From: Planctomycetota bacterium
GTDB taxonomy: Bacteria; Planctomycetota; UBA8108; SXIK01
Assembly: GCA_965223845.1 (NCBI GenBank)
Contig: CBDCXR010000004.1
Span: forward strand, 736,001-800,000
DNA: 64,000 bases
Reading direction: 5' to 3'
Shown: piece by piece, positions 10,295 to 20,614 of the stretch
Position numbering within the stretch: the stretch's first letter is position 1
Layout of the letters: every line of letters starts with the position of its first letter
Position numbers and translations under genes: made by a program
The notes under the pieces: model-generated
Databases searched by the model: none
Told to the model about the DNA's origin: nothing
What the model saw: only the letters and a program-made list of their open reading frames with translations

Positions 10295-10516
10295 TGACGG
10301 GCAGCAGGGCGAGCAGGGCGCTGTCGCGCTCGTAGCCGAGGGGGTCGGCCGCGAGCGAGCTTCCACCGGGAACGAGCGGCCGCCCGCACGCAAGTTGGTT
10401 TGGTTAATGTTAGGTAACGTGGGTTGTTCCGATCACAGGTACGGCCCAGCCGAGACGAAACACTTGAGGTTTTGGGCGAGTCCGCCGCGGGCGGACGAGG
10501 TACCGCTGGAGGAAGC

Positions 10517-12406
10517 ATGATTTCGACCACGTGGCGGCAATGGTGCTGGGGTGGGCTTGTTCTCGCGATGGTCGCCGTGGGCGACGTCGGAGTCCGGGCG
10601 CAAGACGAAGGGGAGACCGGAGGCGCCGCGGTCGAAGAGTACCTCTCCGGCAGCGAAGCCGACGAGACCGCGATCAGCGAATACATCACGCTCGACGTTC
10701 GCGAAAAGCCGCTCGCCGACATCTTGAAGTTCGTGAGTCGACGCGTTGGCGTAAACGTCGTCGCCGATCCCGAGGTCGACGAGACCGTCACGATTCAGCT
10801 CGACTCCGTCGACTGGCGCGACGCGCTCGAGGTTCTCGCGAAGCAGGCGGACTGTCAGATCGTCGTCATGAGCGACCGGCTCATCCGCTTTACGCAGCCG
10901 CCGTCGATCAGCATGGAGTTTCAGGACGCGGACATCAAAGTCGTGCTCGAGCTTCTCGCGAAGCAGGCGGGCGCGAACATCATGATGAACGCGGACATTC
11001 AGGGAAAGGTGAGCCTGAGCCTCCGCGAAGTGCCGTGGCAGGAAGCGCTGTCGGCGATCGTGAAGACCGCCGGCTACGTGATCGTGCGCGAGGAGACCCT
11101 CTCCGGGAAAGAAATCCTCCGCGTCGTTCGCCCCGAGAGTCTCAAGCAGCAGCTCGAGACGCGTCACTTTCAGCTTCGCTACATCCGCCCGGCGGATCCG
11201 TACGAGGCGATCATGACCGGAATCGAGCAGTTCGCTGCGTCGATGTTCTCCGGCGCTGGTGGCTCGGGAGCGTTCGAGGGTGGTGGAGCTGGGGGTTCGG
11301 CCGCCAACTTTACGCTCGAGACGGCGCTCAAGAACGTCGTCTCCGAGGAAGGTTCCCTCGACTACGACGAGCACACGAACACCTTCATCGTCAAGGACAT
11401 CAAGCCGAAGCTCGACGAGATCCAGGAGATCATCGAGCGCGTCGACGTGCAGCCGCCGCAGATCTACGTCGAGGTGAAGTTCATCTCGACGTCGAACTCG
11501 GACATCCTCGAGCGCGGCATCCGCTTCGACCTCGCGAATACGCCGGAGCGCGATGGCTTCCTCCTGATCGCCCGCGGTGGTGAACCGGGGACGCTCGATC
11601 CGAACGATCCGTTCAACTTCATCGGCGGAACGTTTCCGTTCAATCTGGGTAGCTTCGAGAACAGCTTCCGTGACTTCAACGCACTCGGCATCCTCGACTT
11701 CACCCAGACGAGGGCGATTCTGAAGCTGGTCAAGGACGACGAGAACAGCCGCGTCGTCCAGGAGCCGGCGCTCACGATGATCGACAACACGCCCGGAACG
11801 ATTTTCGTCGGCGAGACGATTCCGTTCGCGGTGCAGAAGGTCAACGTCGATCAGAACGGAAACGCGACGGTGACGATCGACGAGAACAAGCGGTCGCCGA
11901 TCAATATCGGCTTCACGCTCTACATGGTTCCGCACGTGATTCCGGGGACCGATACGGTCAATCTGACCGTAATCCCGAAGGTCTCGACGCTCACGGGAAC
12001 GACCTCGGAGATCGACGGCTTCGATCGATTCTCCTTCAGTCAGGAGCAGGCCGGCGCGACGTCCTTCATCGATCTCCCGCGCGAGTCGGCGCAGACGGTC
12101 GTCACGTCGCTCCGCGTCCACGATGGTCACACCGCGGTGATCGGCGGCCTCCAGACGGAGAAGCTGATCGAGATCGAAACGAAGATCCCCGTCCTGTCGA
12201 CGATTCCGATCCTCGGAAATGTCTTCACCTACCGGCGGCGAAGCAACAGCGTCGAGTCGCTGATCATCATGATCACGCCGCACATTCTGAAGACGGTGTC
12301 CCAGGACGATAAGATCTCTTCGGAGTCGATCGAGAAGCACCAGCGCCGCGACTACTTCTACCAGAAGTACGAGAGCGACGAGCTCCCGATGCGCTCCGGC
12401 GAGTAG
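10517..12406 (+). CDS. pilQ: Secretin, PilQ/GspD family (two STN-like domains, N3 domain, secretin core)
   Basis: ATG 10517 after GGAGG; signal peptide; ISMEFQDADIK.VL, D.HTNTFIVKD, QIYVEVKF, AVIGGL, KIPVLSTIPILGNVF, LIIMITPHI. Confidence 0.85.
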   Translation: MISTTWRQWCWGGLVLAMVAVGDVGVRAQDEGETGGAAVEEYLSGSEADETAISEYITLDVREKPLADILKFVSRRVGVNVVADPEVDETVTIQLDSVDWRDALEVLAKQADCQIVVMSDRLIRFTQPPSISMEFQDADIKVVLELLAKQAGANIMMNADIQGKVSLSLREVPWQEALSAIVKTAGYVIVREETLSGKEILRVVRPESLKQQLETRHFQLRYIRPADPYEAIMTGIEQFAASMFSGAGGSGAFEGGGAGGSAANFTLETALKNVVSEEGSLDYDEHTNTFIVKDIKPKLDEIQEIIERVDVQPPQIYVEVKFISTSNSDILERGIRFDLANTPERDGFLLIARGGEPGTLDPNDPFNFIGGTFPFNLGSFENSFRDFNALGILDFTQTRAILKLVKDDENSRVVQEPALTMIDNTPGTIFVGETIPFAVQKVNVDQNGNATVTIDENKRSPINIGFTLYMVPHVIPGTDTVNLTVIPKVSTLTGTTSEIDGFDRFSFSQEQAGATSFIDLPRESAQTVVTSLRVHDGHTAVIGGLQTEKLIEIETKIPVLSTIPILGNVFTYRRRSNSVESLIIMITPHILKTVSQDDKISSESIEKHQRRDYFYQKYESDELPMRSGE

Positions 12407-12465
12407 TCGGTTCCTCAGGGCGACGGGAATTCCGTCGAAATCCCTGGACGCCGGAAGTACGATTT

Positions 12466-12511
12466 CGAGCGGGAGGTCTTCTCAACCGGGAGACCTCCCG
12501 TTGCTCGTTTT
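12466..12511 (+). terminator. Putative intrinsic terminator after the pil operon
   Basis: 10-bp stem CGGGAGGTCT/AGACCTCCCG (12470-12500), extendable by CGAG/CTCG, followed by TTTT. Confidence 0.55.
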
Positions 12512-13269
12512 CGGTGTGACGATTGCGGCCGACCGCTCGGCCCGAGACCCGGCGCGCCTGGAGAGTGGTAACTCATTCTCTCTTAAGGCTTTGGGTCCAG
12601 TGCTCCCGCCTCGCGAAGCTCCGCCAAGCATGGGCTGGGGGCTCAGGTGGGGTGGTCGTCACGTTTCCGGGGTCTCTGACGTCGCGGTGCGGCGGAGCGC
12701 GTTCTCGCCGAGGAGTTTTTCGCGAGAGCCGAGTCCGAGCGACCGCGTCGACGGCGTGGGACCGAGCCGGGGTATCGAAGACGCCGAGAGACTCGGCCGC
12801 GATTCCCGAACGAACGAGCAGCGAAGAGAATTCTGAACACTCACGCACGGAGCGCGCCGCACGGACGCGGCCTCGGGCGGCGAGACGAGAGCCGAAGGGG
12901 GAAGGATGAAACCCGGCTCCGTCCTCGGCCGACCCGCCGAGCTCCGACGAAGAAACAGGGACGAAACACGGAGAGTTGCTGCACCTGGCAGCGACCGCGC
13001 AGATCTCTCGGGATGGAGGACGACCGAGTCCCCGATGGCAGTAGCCTCTCAGTTCGATGATCCCCGAGGAAGCGATATCGGTCGCGGCGATTACTAGGAG
13101 TCTGTCCAGGCACGGGTTCGAGTAGAGAGAACGAATCCGCTCCGGACGTGATCCGGAAGCGGCCCACCGCCCGATCGGAGGAGTTGCCGACGAGTCGGGA
13201 GCGCTGGGGCCGCCGTCCGAATCCTGGGTCGCACCCTTACGTGAGTCAGGTGAGCAGCGATGAACGACT

Positions 13270-16200
13270 TTGGCCGACGAAATCACGCGCGAGACGCAGG
13301 AGGTGCCCGACACGGCGCCCCGCGGAGCTCGGCGGGGCCGCGATTCTGCCCCGCGCACCGGTACGGCGTCGGAGCCCTCCGCCGCCGGAGATCCCCAGCG
13401 CCACCCATCGGAACCGGCCGATCGTCCTAGCGACGATTCGACGCGGGTTCCGTTCGGGGTAGGGCTCACCGACGACGCAGCCGACTCCCGCGCGGAGCGG
13501 TCCCCGCGACGCCGCTCCACACGGAGGGCCCGCCCGGCAACCCCGCGCCCGGCGCCGCCGGAGGATTCCGGCGCGACCACCGAACCCGCCGACGCGGGAG
13601 ATCCCGCTCCGCGGGACGAGCTCCCCGCGGAGCGAAAACGCTCGAGCCGCGTCACTCGCCGCAAGACCGGAGGACGTCGCGCAGCGCGTTCGGCGGACGT
13701 CGCGGAGCCCGTTGCGGAGGCTCCTCGCGGCGATTCGGAAGCGCCGGAGCAGGAGAGCGGCGAGGGCCCGCGTCGCTCTCGCGGTCGTCGGCCCCGGCGC
13801 GGCGAGCGAGTCGATAAGCGTACGGACACGCCTCGGGATGACTCTCCGCCCGCCGTTGACGGCGCCGAAGATGAGAAGCCGTCGGAACGGGGCGACGCTG
13901 ACTCGCGCAGCTCTCGCGGTCGCCGACCCCGGCGCGGCGAGCGAGTCGAGAAGTGCACGGATACGCCTCGGGATGATTCTCCGCCCGCCGTCGACGCCGC
14001 GGAAGATGAGAAGCCGTCGGAACGGGGCGACGCCGACTCGCGCAGCTCTCGCGCGCGCCCCCGGCGCCGCGGGCGCGCGCGAAGCTCAACTCTCGAAGTC
14101 GAATTCGATGAGGTCCGCCCGCCGGCGCGAAAGGCGTCCCGTCGCCGCAGTCGCCCTTCCGTTCGCCGCGGAGAGTCGAGTTCGCCACCCGAGCGCGACG
14201 ATGCGGAGGCGCGTTCCGAGCCTTCGGAGTCAGAGGACGCGAAGGATCTCGAGCCGCGCCGCGGCAAAGCGGAATCGAGCGCCGACTCGGCGGGCCGCCG
14301 GCAGCGCCGGAGCCGCCGAGGACGACGGCGATCGTCGCGACCGGAAGCCGATCGCGAGCCCACGACAACCGATCCGGAAGCGGAGAGCGCCGAGGATACC
14401 GAGGCGGATGCGGCTCCGGAGAAGCGGTCGCGCGCACGTCCTGCGCGGAAGACCGTGCGGAAGCGGGGCGCCGGGATTTCCGTGCGCGCCGGAAGCAGCC
14501 GCGCCACGGCGCGAATCGGCCGGGTCGCGCGACGCGGTCCGCGGCTCGGCGACGGGAGTCCCCCGGAATCCGGCGCGGACGCAGATGAGTTCGTCGATCG
14601 CTTGCCAGGAGATGAAGGCGCCGACGAGCGCCCGCGCCGACGCCGCGGTCGCCGCGGGAGCAAGGCGCCGGCCGAATCGCGTGAGAGCGATCCGGGAGAC
14701 GAGGTCGATTCGGTCGATCTGCCCGTCTGGGTTGAGCCCGAGCTCGAGGGACCGAACCTCTACCGGCGGTCGGCCCGTCAGCGCCAGCAGCTCATGACGG
14801 CGGGCGCGGGATGCGCCGACGATGACCTGGATGACGAGACCGACGAACCGGAAGATCGCGAAGCGATTTCGCGCCGCGTTCGCAAGAAGCTCGGCGGGCC
14901 TTCAAAACGCATTTTTGTGAACGCCGAGGATCCCGACGAAGTGCGAATCTCGGTTCTCGCGAACGGCAAGCTCGACGAGCTCTACTACGATCGCCCGAGC
15001 GAGAAGAGGTACCTCGGCAACATTTACCGCGGGCGAGTCGTCAATCTCGAGCCGGCGATTCAGGCGGCCTTCGTCGAGATCGGCATCGGCCGAAACGGAT
15101 TCCTGCACGTCTCGGACGTCTTGCCCGCGTACAAGGACGCAACGGGCATTCCGCTCGACTCCCTGTCGCGGCGACCGGCCGACCGCCGCCGGCTGAAGAT
15201 TCAGGACATCCTCACCGAGGGGCAGGAAGTCCTCGTCCAGATTTCGAAGGACGCGATCGGCGCGAAGGGGCCGAGCCTCACCACGTACGTGAGTCTCCCC
15301 GGAAAGTTTCTCGTTCTCATGCCCGGGGTCACTCGCCACGGCGTCTCGAAGCGGATTCAGGACTCCGGTGACCGACACGATCTCAGGCGCGCGCTCGAGA
15401 ATCTAAATCCGCCGGAGGGCGTCGGCTACATCGTGCGGACCGCGGGCTACGGCCGTCCGCAGGGCGAGCTCGAAAAAGACTTCGAGTACCTGATGAAGAT
15501 CTGGGAAGAGCTCGTCGCCAAGGTGAAGTCCCGGCGCGGAGCCGGCCTCGTCTACGGCGAAAGCGACCTCGTGATCCGCACCATGCGCGACCTTTTCGGC
15601 CCGGACGTCGACGAGATTCTGGTCGATGACGAGGCGGTCTACGACCGCGCGCGGGCGTTTTGCCTCGACGTCATGCCGGAGGCCGCCGGGCGATTGAAGC
15701 GCTACAGCGGGGTGACGCCGATCTTCACCCGGTTCGGGATTGAAGACGAAATCGAGAAAATCTACAATCGCAAGGTTCCACTGCCGAGCGGCGGCCATAT
15801 CGTCGTCGAGCAGACGGAAGCGCTCGTGGCGATCGACGTCAACTCCGGGCGCTACCGCGATGAGGACGATCTCGAGGCGACCGCGCTCAAGACCAACTTG
15901 GAGGCGGCGAACGAGATCGCCCGCCAGCTCCGTCTGCGCGACCTCGGTGGAGTCATCATCAACGACTTCATCGACATGGAGAAGGAGGCGAACCGCCGCG
16001 AAGTGGAACGAGCCTTCCGCCGGGCGCTCCGCGGGGAGCGGGCGAAGTGCTGGATCCAGCGGATCTCGCGCTTCGGCATCATCGAGATGACCCGGCAGCG
16101 CGTTCGACCGAGCTTCGAACGCGGACACTACGACCCGTGCCCGAGGTGCAGCGGCACCGGTGTCGTACAGTCCGCGCGCAGCACCGGGACCGCGATCCTC

Positions 16201-16395
16201 CGGCAGATTCGGGCCGGGTTGGCTCAGAAGCGAAAACGGACCTGCGAAATTCTGGCCAGTCCGGCGGTCGTCGAGTATCTCCTCAACGACCGGCGCGGCC
16301 ACCTAGTAGAGTTGGAGACTCGATTCGAGAAACGCGTCATCGTTCGACTTGACGCCGCACTTCCACCGGATCAGTACGAAATTCGATACTCCTGA
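13270..16395 (+). CDS. rne: Ribonuclease E/G family protein with ~540-aa disordered N-terminal extension
   Basis: GNIYRGRVVNLEPAIQAAFV, GFLHVSDV, QEVLVQISK...G.KG, EALVAIDVNSG, RQLRLRDLGGVIINDFIDM, CPRCSGTG; TTG start uncertain. Confidence 0.92.
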   Translation: MADEITRETQEVPDTAPRGARRGRDSAPRTGTASEPSAAGDPQRHPSEPADRPSDDSTRVPFGVGLTDDAADSRAERSPRRRSTRRARPATPRPAPPEDSGATTEPADAGDPAPRDELPAERKRSSRVTRRKTGGRRAARSADVAEPVAEAPRGDSEAPEQESGEGPRRSRGRRPRRGERVDKRTDTPRDDSPPAVDGAEDEKPSERGDADSRSSRGRRPRRGERVEKCTDTPRDDSPPAVDAAEDEKPSERGDADSRSSRARPRRRGRARSSTLEVEFDEVRPPARKASRRRSRPSVRRGESSSPPERDDAEARSEPSESEDAKDLEPRRGKAESSADSAGRRQRRSRRGRRRSSRPEADREPTTTDPEAESAEDTEADAAPEKRSRARPARKTVRKRGAGISVRAGSSRATARIGRVARRGPRLGDGSPPESGADADEFVDRLPGDEGADERPRRRRGRRGSKAPAESRESDPGDEVDSVDLPVWVEPELEGPNLYRRSARQRQQLMTAGAGCADDDLDDETDEPEDREAISRRVRKKLGGPSKRIFVNAEDPDEVRISVLANGKLDELYYDRPSEKRYLGNIYRGRVVNLEPAIQAAFVEIGIGRNGFLHVSDVLPAYKDATGIPLDSLSRRPADRRRLKIQDILTEGQEVLVQISKDAIGAKGPSLTTYVSLPGKFLVLMPGVTRHGVSKRIQDSGDRHDLRRALENLNPPEGVGYIVRTAGYGRPQGELEKDFEYLMKIWEELVAKVKSRRGAGLVYGESDLVIRTMRDLFGPDVDEILVDDEAVYDRARAFCLDVMPEAAGRLKRYSGVTPIFTRFGIEDEIEKIYNRKVPLPSGGHIVVEQTEALVAIDVNSGRYRDEDDLEATALKTNLEAANEIARQLRLRDLGGVIINDFIDMEKEANRREVERAFRRALRGERAKCWIQRISRFGIIEMTRQRVRPSFERGHYDPCPRCSGTGVVQSARSTGTAILRQIRAGLAQKRKRTCEILASPAVVEYLLNDRRGHLVELETRFEKRVIVRLDAALPPDQYEIRYS
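13775..14053 (+). repeat. 135-bp (45-aa) in-frame tandem duplication within rne
   Basis: GGCGAGCGAGTCGA at 13801 and 13936; unit SRGRRPRRGERV(D/E)K(R/C)TDTPRDDSPPAVD(G/A)AEDEKPSERGDADSRS occurs twice. Confidence 0.9.
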
Positions 16396-16468
16396 TTCGG
16401 CGAAGTTGCTGGCGGCGGGTGCGAGACGACGGCGTTCGCGAAGCGGGCCTAGAGGAAAGCGAACCAGC

Positions 16469-16780
16469 ATGGAAGCGATCTTCCGCGACGGCGGCAGACA
16501 GTACAAAGTTTCTGAGGGCGCGACAGTCGAGGTCGACTATCGGAACGTCGAAGCGGGCTCGACGCTCGAGTTCGACGAAGTTCTCCTCGTCGGCGAAGGC
16601 GCGGGGGCGAAGGTGGGAACGCCTCTCGTCGCCGGAGCGAAAGTCGTCGGCACGGTGCTCGACCAAGTCCGCGGGCCGAAGCTGATCGTCGCCCACTTCC
16701 GCCGGCGGAAGAACTCGCGAAAGCGGAACGGACACCGTCAACCGTACACGCAGGTGCGAATCGACCGTATCGAGGGATGA
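16469..16780 (+). CDS. rplU: 50S ribosomal protein L21
   Basis: AIFRDGGRQYKVSEG, VGTPLV, FRRRKNSRKRNGHRQPYT. Confidence 0.96.
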   Translation: MEAIFRDGGRQYKVSEGATVEVDYRNVEAGSTLEFDEVLLVGEGAGAKVGTPLVAGAKVVGTVLDQVRGPKLIVAHFRRRKNSRKRNGHRQPYTQVRIDRIEG

Positions 16781-16912
16781 CAGTCCGCAGCTGCGCTTAG
16801 GAATCACGAAGATCGTCGGCGCTCACGCTGTTCCGTCGGAACGAAGGAAGCTCGGACCCCGACTCGAAGCGCCTTTTCCACGGACGGTTGAGAGCCACAC
16901 GGAGCGAGATCG

Positions 16913-17155
16913 ATGGCACATAAAAAAGGACAAGGCTCGTCGCGCAACGGGCGGGACTCGAATCCCCAGCACCGCGGTGTGAAGGTGTACGGCGGAGGAC
17001 GGGTAAAGCCCGGAGCGATCATCATCCGCCAGTGCGGAACGAAGTTCAAACCCGGGTTCAACGTCGGCATCGGGAACGACTACACGCTCTTTTCTCTGAT
17101 CGAGGGTTCGGTCAAGTTCGAGAGCCGACGGCGCGTCAGCGTGTATCCGGAGTAG
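16913..17155 (+). CDS. rpmA: 50S ribosomal protein L27
   Basis: [24 protein letters not shown]. Confidence 0.98.
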   Translation: MAHKKGQGSSRNGRDSNPQHRGVKVYGGGRVKPGAIIIRQCGTKFKPGFNVGIGNDYTLFSLIEGSVKFESRRRVSVYPE

Positions 17156-17339
17156 AGCTCTAATACGCGCATAGCGAGCGTTCGGGCCCGCTATAGTCCG
17201 GTTCCTTCCCGCGCTTCCGGTCAACCTCGCCGGCGGATTTGGTCGCCGCTGCTCGATCCGCCGAAGAGGCAAGCGTCCGGACTCCCGCCGCCGCGCCGGC
17301 GATGCGCTCGGCTCGTTTTCGGCGCCCGCGGACTTTCCC

Positions 17340-18398
17340 ATGTTCCTCGACGAAGTCACGATCAGCGTGCGGAGCGGTGACGGCGGCGACGGGTGCGTCA
17401 GCTTTCGGCGCGAGAAGTTCGTACCCCGGGGGGGACCCGATGGCGGTAGGGGGGGGCGAGGGGGGCACGTGATCCTCGAGGCGTCGCGCAGTTTGACGAC
17501 GCTGCTCGATCTCTCGCGCCGGCGATCGTACGCCGCGGAGAACGGCCGACCGGGCGGGCCGGCCAATTGCACGGGTCGCACGGGTCGGGACGTCATCGTT
17601 CGGGTTCCCGTCGGGACGATCGTGCGGTCGATCGCCGAAGACGCGGAGGATCCGTCCTCGGCGGAGATTCTCGGCGATCTCGTCGAGCACGGTCAGAGCC
17701 TCCTCGTCGGTCGCGGCGGTCGCGGCGGCAGAGGGAACAAGTCGTTCGCGTCCTCGACGCATCAAGTTCCGAGAATCGCCCGCGAAGGTCAGCCGGGCGA
17801 GGAGCGCCGCCTCTATCTCGAGCTCAAGCTGCTTGCGGACGTCGGCCTCGTCGGTCTTCCGAACGCGGGCAAGTCGACGCTCCTCGCGCGGGTTTCGGCC
17901 GCGACGCCGAAGGTCGCCGCCTACCCGTTCACCACGCTCCAGCCGCAGCTCGGCATCGCGGAGGTGGGGGACTATCGCCGGATCGTCGTTGCCGACATCC
18001 CCGGCCTCATCGAGGGTGCGCACGAAGGGCACGGACTCGGAATCGAGTTCTTGCGTCACATCGAGCGCACGCGCGTGCTCGTCCATCTCGTGTCGCTCGA
18101 GGCGGAGTCGATCGAGTCTCTCGAGCGCGATTACACGACGGTGCGGCGCGAGCTCGAAAGCTACAGCGAGGCGCTCCACCGAAAACCGTTCATCGTCGTC
18201 GTGACGAAGACGGATCTACTGCCGCCCGATGAAGCGGAAGTTCGTCGAAGGACGTTTTCGGAACGACTCGGTCGCCCCGTGCTCGCGATGAGCGCGGTCA
18301 CCGGGGTCGGAGTCGATGACGTGTTGGCATCCGCAGTTGAAATCCTCGACGAAGTTGTCTCGGCGGACCCTTCCTCGTCACACTCGGGCGACGAGTGA
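17340..18398 (+). CDS. obgE: GTPase ObgE/CgtA
   Basis: FRREKFVPRGGPDGG, LELKLLADVGLVGLPNAGKST, YPFTT, DIPGLIEGAH; standard rplU-rpmA-obg order. Confidence 0.97.
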   Translation: MFLDEVTISVRSGDGGDGCVSFRREKFVPRGGPDGGRGGRGGHVILEASRSLTTLLDLSRRRSYAAENGRPGGPANCTGRTGRDVIVRVPVGTIVRSIAEDAEDPSSAEILGDLVEHGQSLLVGRGGRGGRGNKSFASSTHQVPRIAREGQPGEERRLYLELKLLADVGLVGLPNAGKSTLLARVSAATPKVAAYPFTTLQPQLGIAEVGDYRRIVVADIPGLIEGAHEGHGLGIEFLRHIERTRVLVHLVSLEAESIESLERDYTTVRRELESYSEALHRKPFIVVVTKTDLLPPDEAEVRRRTFSERLGRPVLAMSAVTGVGVDDVLASAVEILDEVVSADPSSSHSGDE

Positions 18399-18670
18399 CG
18401 CGTTTTCTCTCGCGTCTCGTTCGCTAATCCGGGGCTGTTCCCGTTCCCGCCGCGGCCGCTGCTCGCGAGCACGTTTTCGGACGTGAGGGCGATAACGACG
18501 CTCGGGCCCGCCGGTTCGTCGCTTCCGAGCTGCGCGTTGTATACTTCGGTGCACCGAGCCCAAAGTGCGCCTCCCAAGTTGAGCGCGCGCTTCCCGTCGA
18601 TCGCTCTTCGCAGTGCGGTGGGGCAGATTCGAGCGACAGTGCGAGAGAAGAAGAGAGAAGAGAGACCACG

Positions 18671-19771
18671 ATGGAATTCCACGAGATGCTGCGGAAGATG
18701 GTGATCGAAAAGGCGTCGGACCTTTTCATCAAGGTCGGAACGCCGCCGTCCCTGCGCATCGACGGATCGATCCACTTCGTCGATACCGACGAGATCACGC
18801 CGCAGGATACGCGCGAGATCTTCGAAATCATCGAGGACTCGAAGAAGGAACGCTTCGCGGTCAAGCAAGATCTCGACGTCGCCTACGAGCTCCCGGGAAT
18901 CGGCCGATTCCGCGTGAACATCTTCCGCGCGAAGGGAAACCTCGGTTTCGTCCTGCGCTATATCGAGAGCAAGGTGCCGAGCTTCGAGGAGCTGCACCTA
19001 CCGGCGGTCGTGCTCACGCGCCTCGCGAGCGCGCTCCGCGGGCTCGTCCTCGTCACCGGTCAGACCGGTAGCGGTAAGTCGACGACTCTCGCTTCGCTGA
19101 TCAATCTCATCAACGAGCGTGACAACAAGCACGTCGTCACGATCGAAGACCCGATCGAGCACGTGTTCAAGGACCGCAAGTCCATCGTCAACCAGCGCGA
19201 AATCGGCTCCGACACGCCAGATTTTTGCTCGGCTCTGAAGATGGCCGTGCGGCAGAGCCCCGACGTCATCCTGATCGGGGAAATGCGCGACGCCGAGACG
19301 ACCGAGGCGGCGATCGCTGCGGCGGAAACGGGACATCTCGTGATGAGCACGCTCCACACCGTGAACGCCATCCAGACCGTGGAGCGGATCATCAACTTCT
19401 TTCCGCCGCACCAGCACGAGCTGATCCGATTGCAGCTCTCGCTCATCCTCGTCGGAGTGATTTCTCAGCGCCTGATTCCCAAGAAGTCGGGCGGCGGACG
19501 AGTCCCGGCGGTCGAGCTCATGATCCAGTCGCCGACCGTCCGTGAGCTCCTTCGCAACGGGCAGACGCAGGAGCTCTACAACGCCGTGAAGCAGGGTGAG
19601 TACTACGGCTGTCAGACCTTCAATCAGTCGCTCAAGTCCCTCTACCAGGACGACCTCATCACGCTCGACAACGCGATGGAAGCCTCGGACTATCCCGAGG
19701 AGCTGAAGCTCGACCTGAAGGGGATCGTGAAGGGCGGCCTCGCGAACGCCGACTTCAACTTCAACTATTGA
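18671..19771 (+). CDS. pilT: PilT/PilU family pilus retraction ATPase
   Basis: ASDLFI, GRFRVN, GQTGSGKST, TIEDPIE, PDVILIGEMRD, AETGHLVMSTLHT; lacks a clean AIRNLIRE motif (TVRELLRN), so may be PilU-like. Confidence 0.85.
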   Translation: MEFHEMLRKMVIEKASDLFIKVGTPPSLRIDGSIHFVDTDEITPQDTREIFEIIEDSKKERFAVKQDLDVAYELPGIGRFRVNIFRAKGNLGFVLRYIESKVPSFEELHLPAVVLTRLASALRGLVLVTGQTGSGKSTTLASLINLINERDNKHVVTIEDPIEHVFKDRKSIVNQREIGSDTPDFCSALKMAVRQSPDVILIGEMRDAETTEAAIAAAETGHLVMSTLHTVNAIQTVERIINFFPPHQHELIRLQLSLILVGVISQRLIPKKSGGGRVPAVELMIQSPTVRELLRNGQTQELYNAVKQGEYYGCQTFNQSLKSLYQDDLITLDNAMEASDYPEELKLDLKGIVKGGLANADFNFNY

Positions 19772-19798
19772 TCCCGACGTCCGTCGCCCGCGGCGAGC

Positions 19799-19804
19799 TA
19801 TAAT
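19799..19804 (+). promoter_or_regulatory. Perfect -10 hexamer just before coaX (probable leaderless transcript)
   Basis: TATAAT ends at 19804, ATG at 19811, no Shine-Dalgarno. Confidence 0.5.
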
Positions 19805-19810
19805 GCTCGA

Positions 19811-20614
19811 ATGATCCTCGGGCTCATTATCGGCAACACGAGTGTTCGCTACGGCCGTCTCGACCTCGATTCGGCGAGCAGGATTGCCGCGGCGGGTCGT
19901 GTGCTCGTCGGCGATGGCGCGCGACCGCTCGACCGCGCCGAGATCGTCTCTCAGCCCGGTGGCCGGCGGCTCGAGGCGATCCTTCGCGAACAGGAAATCG
20001 ACTCCGTCGTCGCGGCGTCCGTGCGCGACGATCGGCTCGATCGCTTCCTCGCGGCTCTGCCGGCTCTCCCGGCGCCGCTGCGCGCGGGAGCGGATTTGCC
20101 TCTCGGGATCGCCAACGAGGCCGCGCGACCGGAGGAAGTGGGCGTCGATCGCCTGCTGAACTCACTCGCTGTGCGAGCGCGGGCGCCGGGACGCGGCGCG
20201 ATCGCCGTCGACTTCGGCTCGGCGATCGCGCTCTCCGTCGTCTCTCCCGCGGGCGCATTCGTCGGCGGCGCGATCGCGGCGGGCGGAGAGGCCCTGCGCG
20301 CGGGGCTGCGGGTGCGGACGCCGCGGCTCGAGGTGCCGGAGCTCGTGCGACCCTCGCGCGCGATCGGAAAGACCACGCGCGGCGCTCTCGAAGTCGGGCT
20401 CTTCTGGCAGCTCGCCGGCGGTGCGGAACGGCTCATCGAGGCCGTCGCCGCTGATTGCGACTTTGCGATCGAACGCGTTGTCGCGACCGGGGGGGACGCG
20501 GCGCTCGCCGCCCCCGCGATCGAATCGATCGACGAGGTCGTCGAGGATCTCACGCTCGAGGGCTTGCGGCTCGCGTACGCCGCTCACGTCGCTGCTCGGC
20601 AGTCTCCGCCGTGA
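19811..20614 (+). CDS. coaX: Type III pantothenate kinase
   Basis: [43 protein letters not shown]. Confidence 0.85.
   Translation: MILGLIIGNTSVRYGRLDLDSASRIAAAGRVLVGDGARPLDRAEIVSQPGGRRLEAILREQEIDSVVAASVRDDRLDRFLAALPALPAPLRAGADLPLGIANEAARPEEVGVDRLLNSLAVRARAPGRGAIAVDFGSAIALSVVSPAGAFVGGAIAAGGEALRAGLRVRTPRLEVPELVRPSRAIGKTTRGALEVGLFWQLAGGAERLIEAVAADCDFAIERVVATGGDAALAAPAIESIDEVVEDLTLEGLRLAYAAHVAARQSPP

Noticed and set aside
12906-13097. 63-aa ORF upstream of rne
   Set aside because: It has an SD-like sequence but no recognisable motif and non-coding-like composition
10433-14663. Long antisense ORFs (10433-12340, 12573-14663; likewise 55935-58016, 60386-62002)
   Set aside because: Shadow frames of high-GC genes with clear motifs on the other strand
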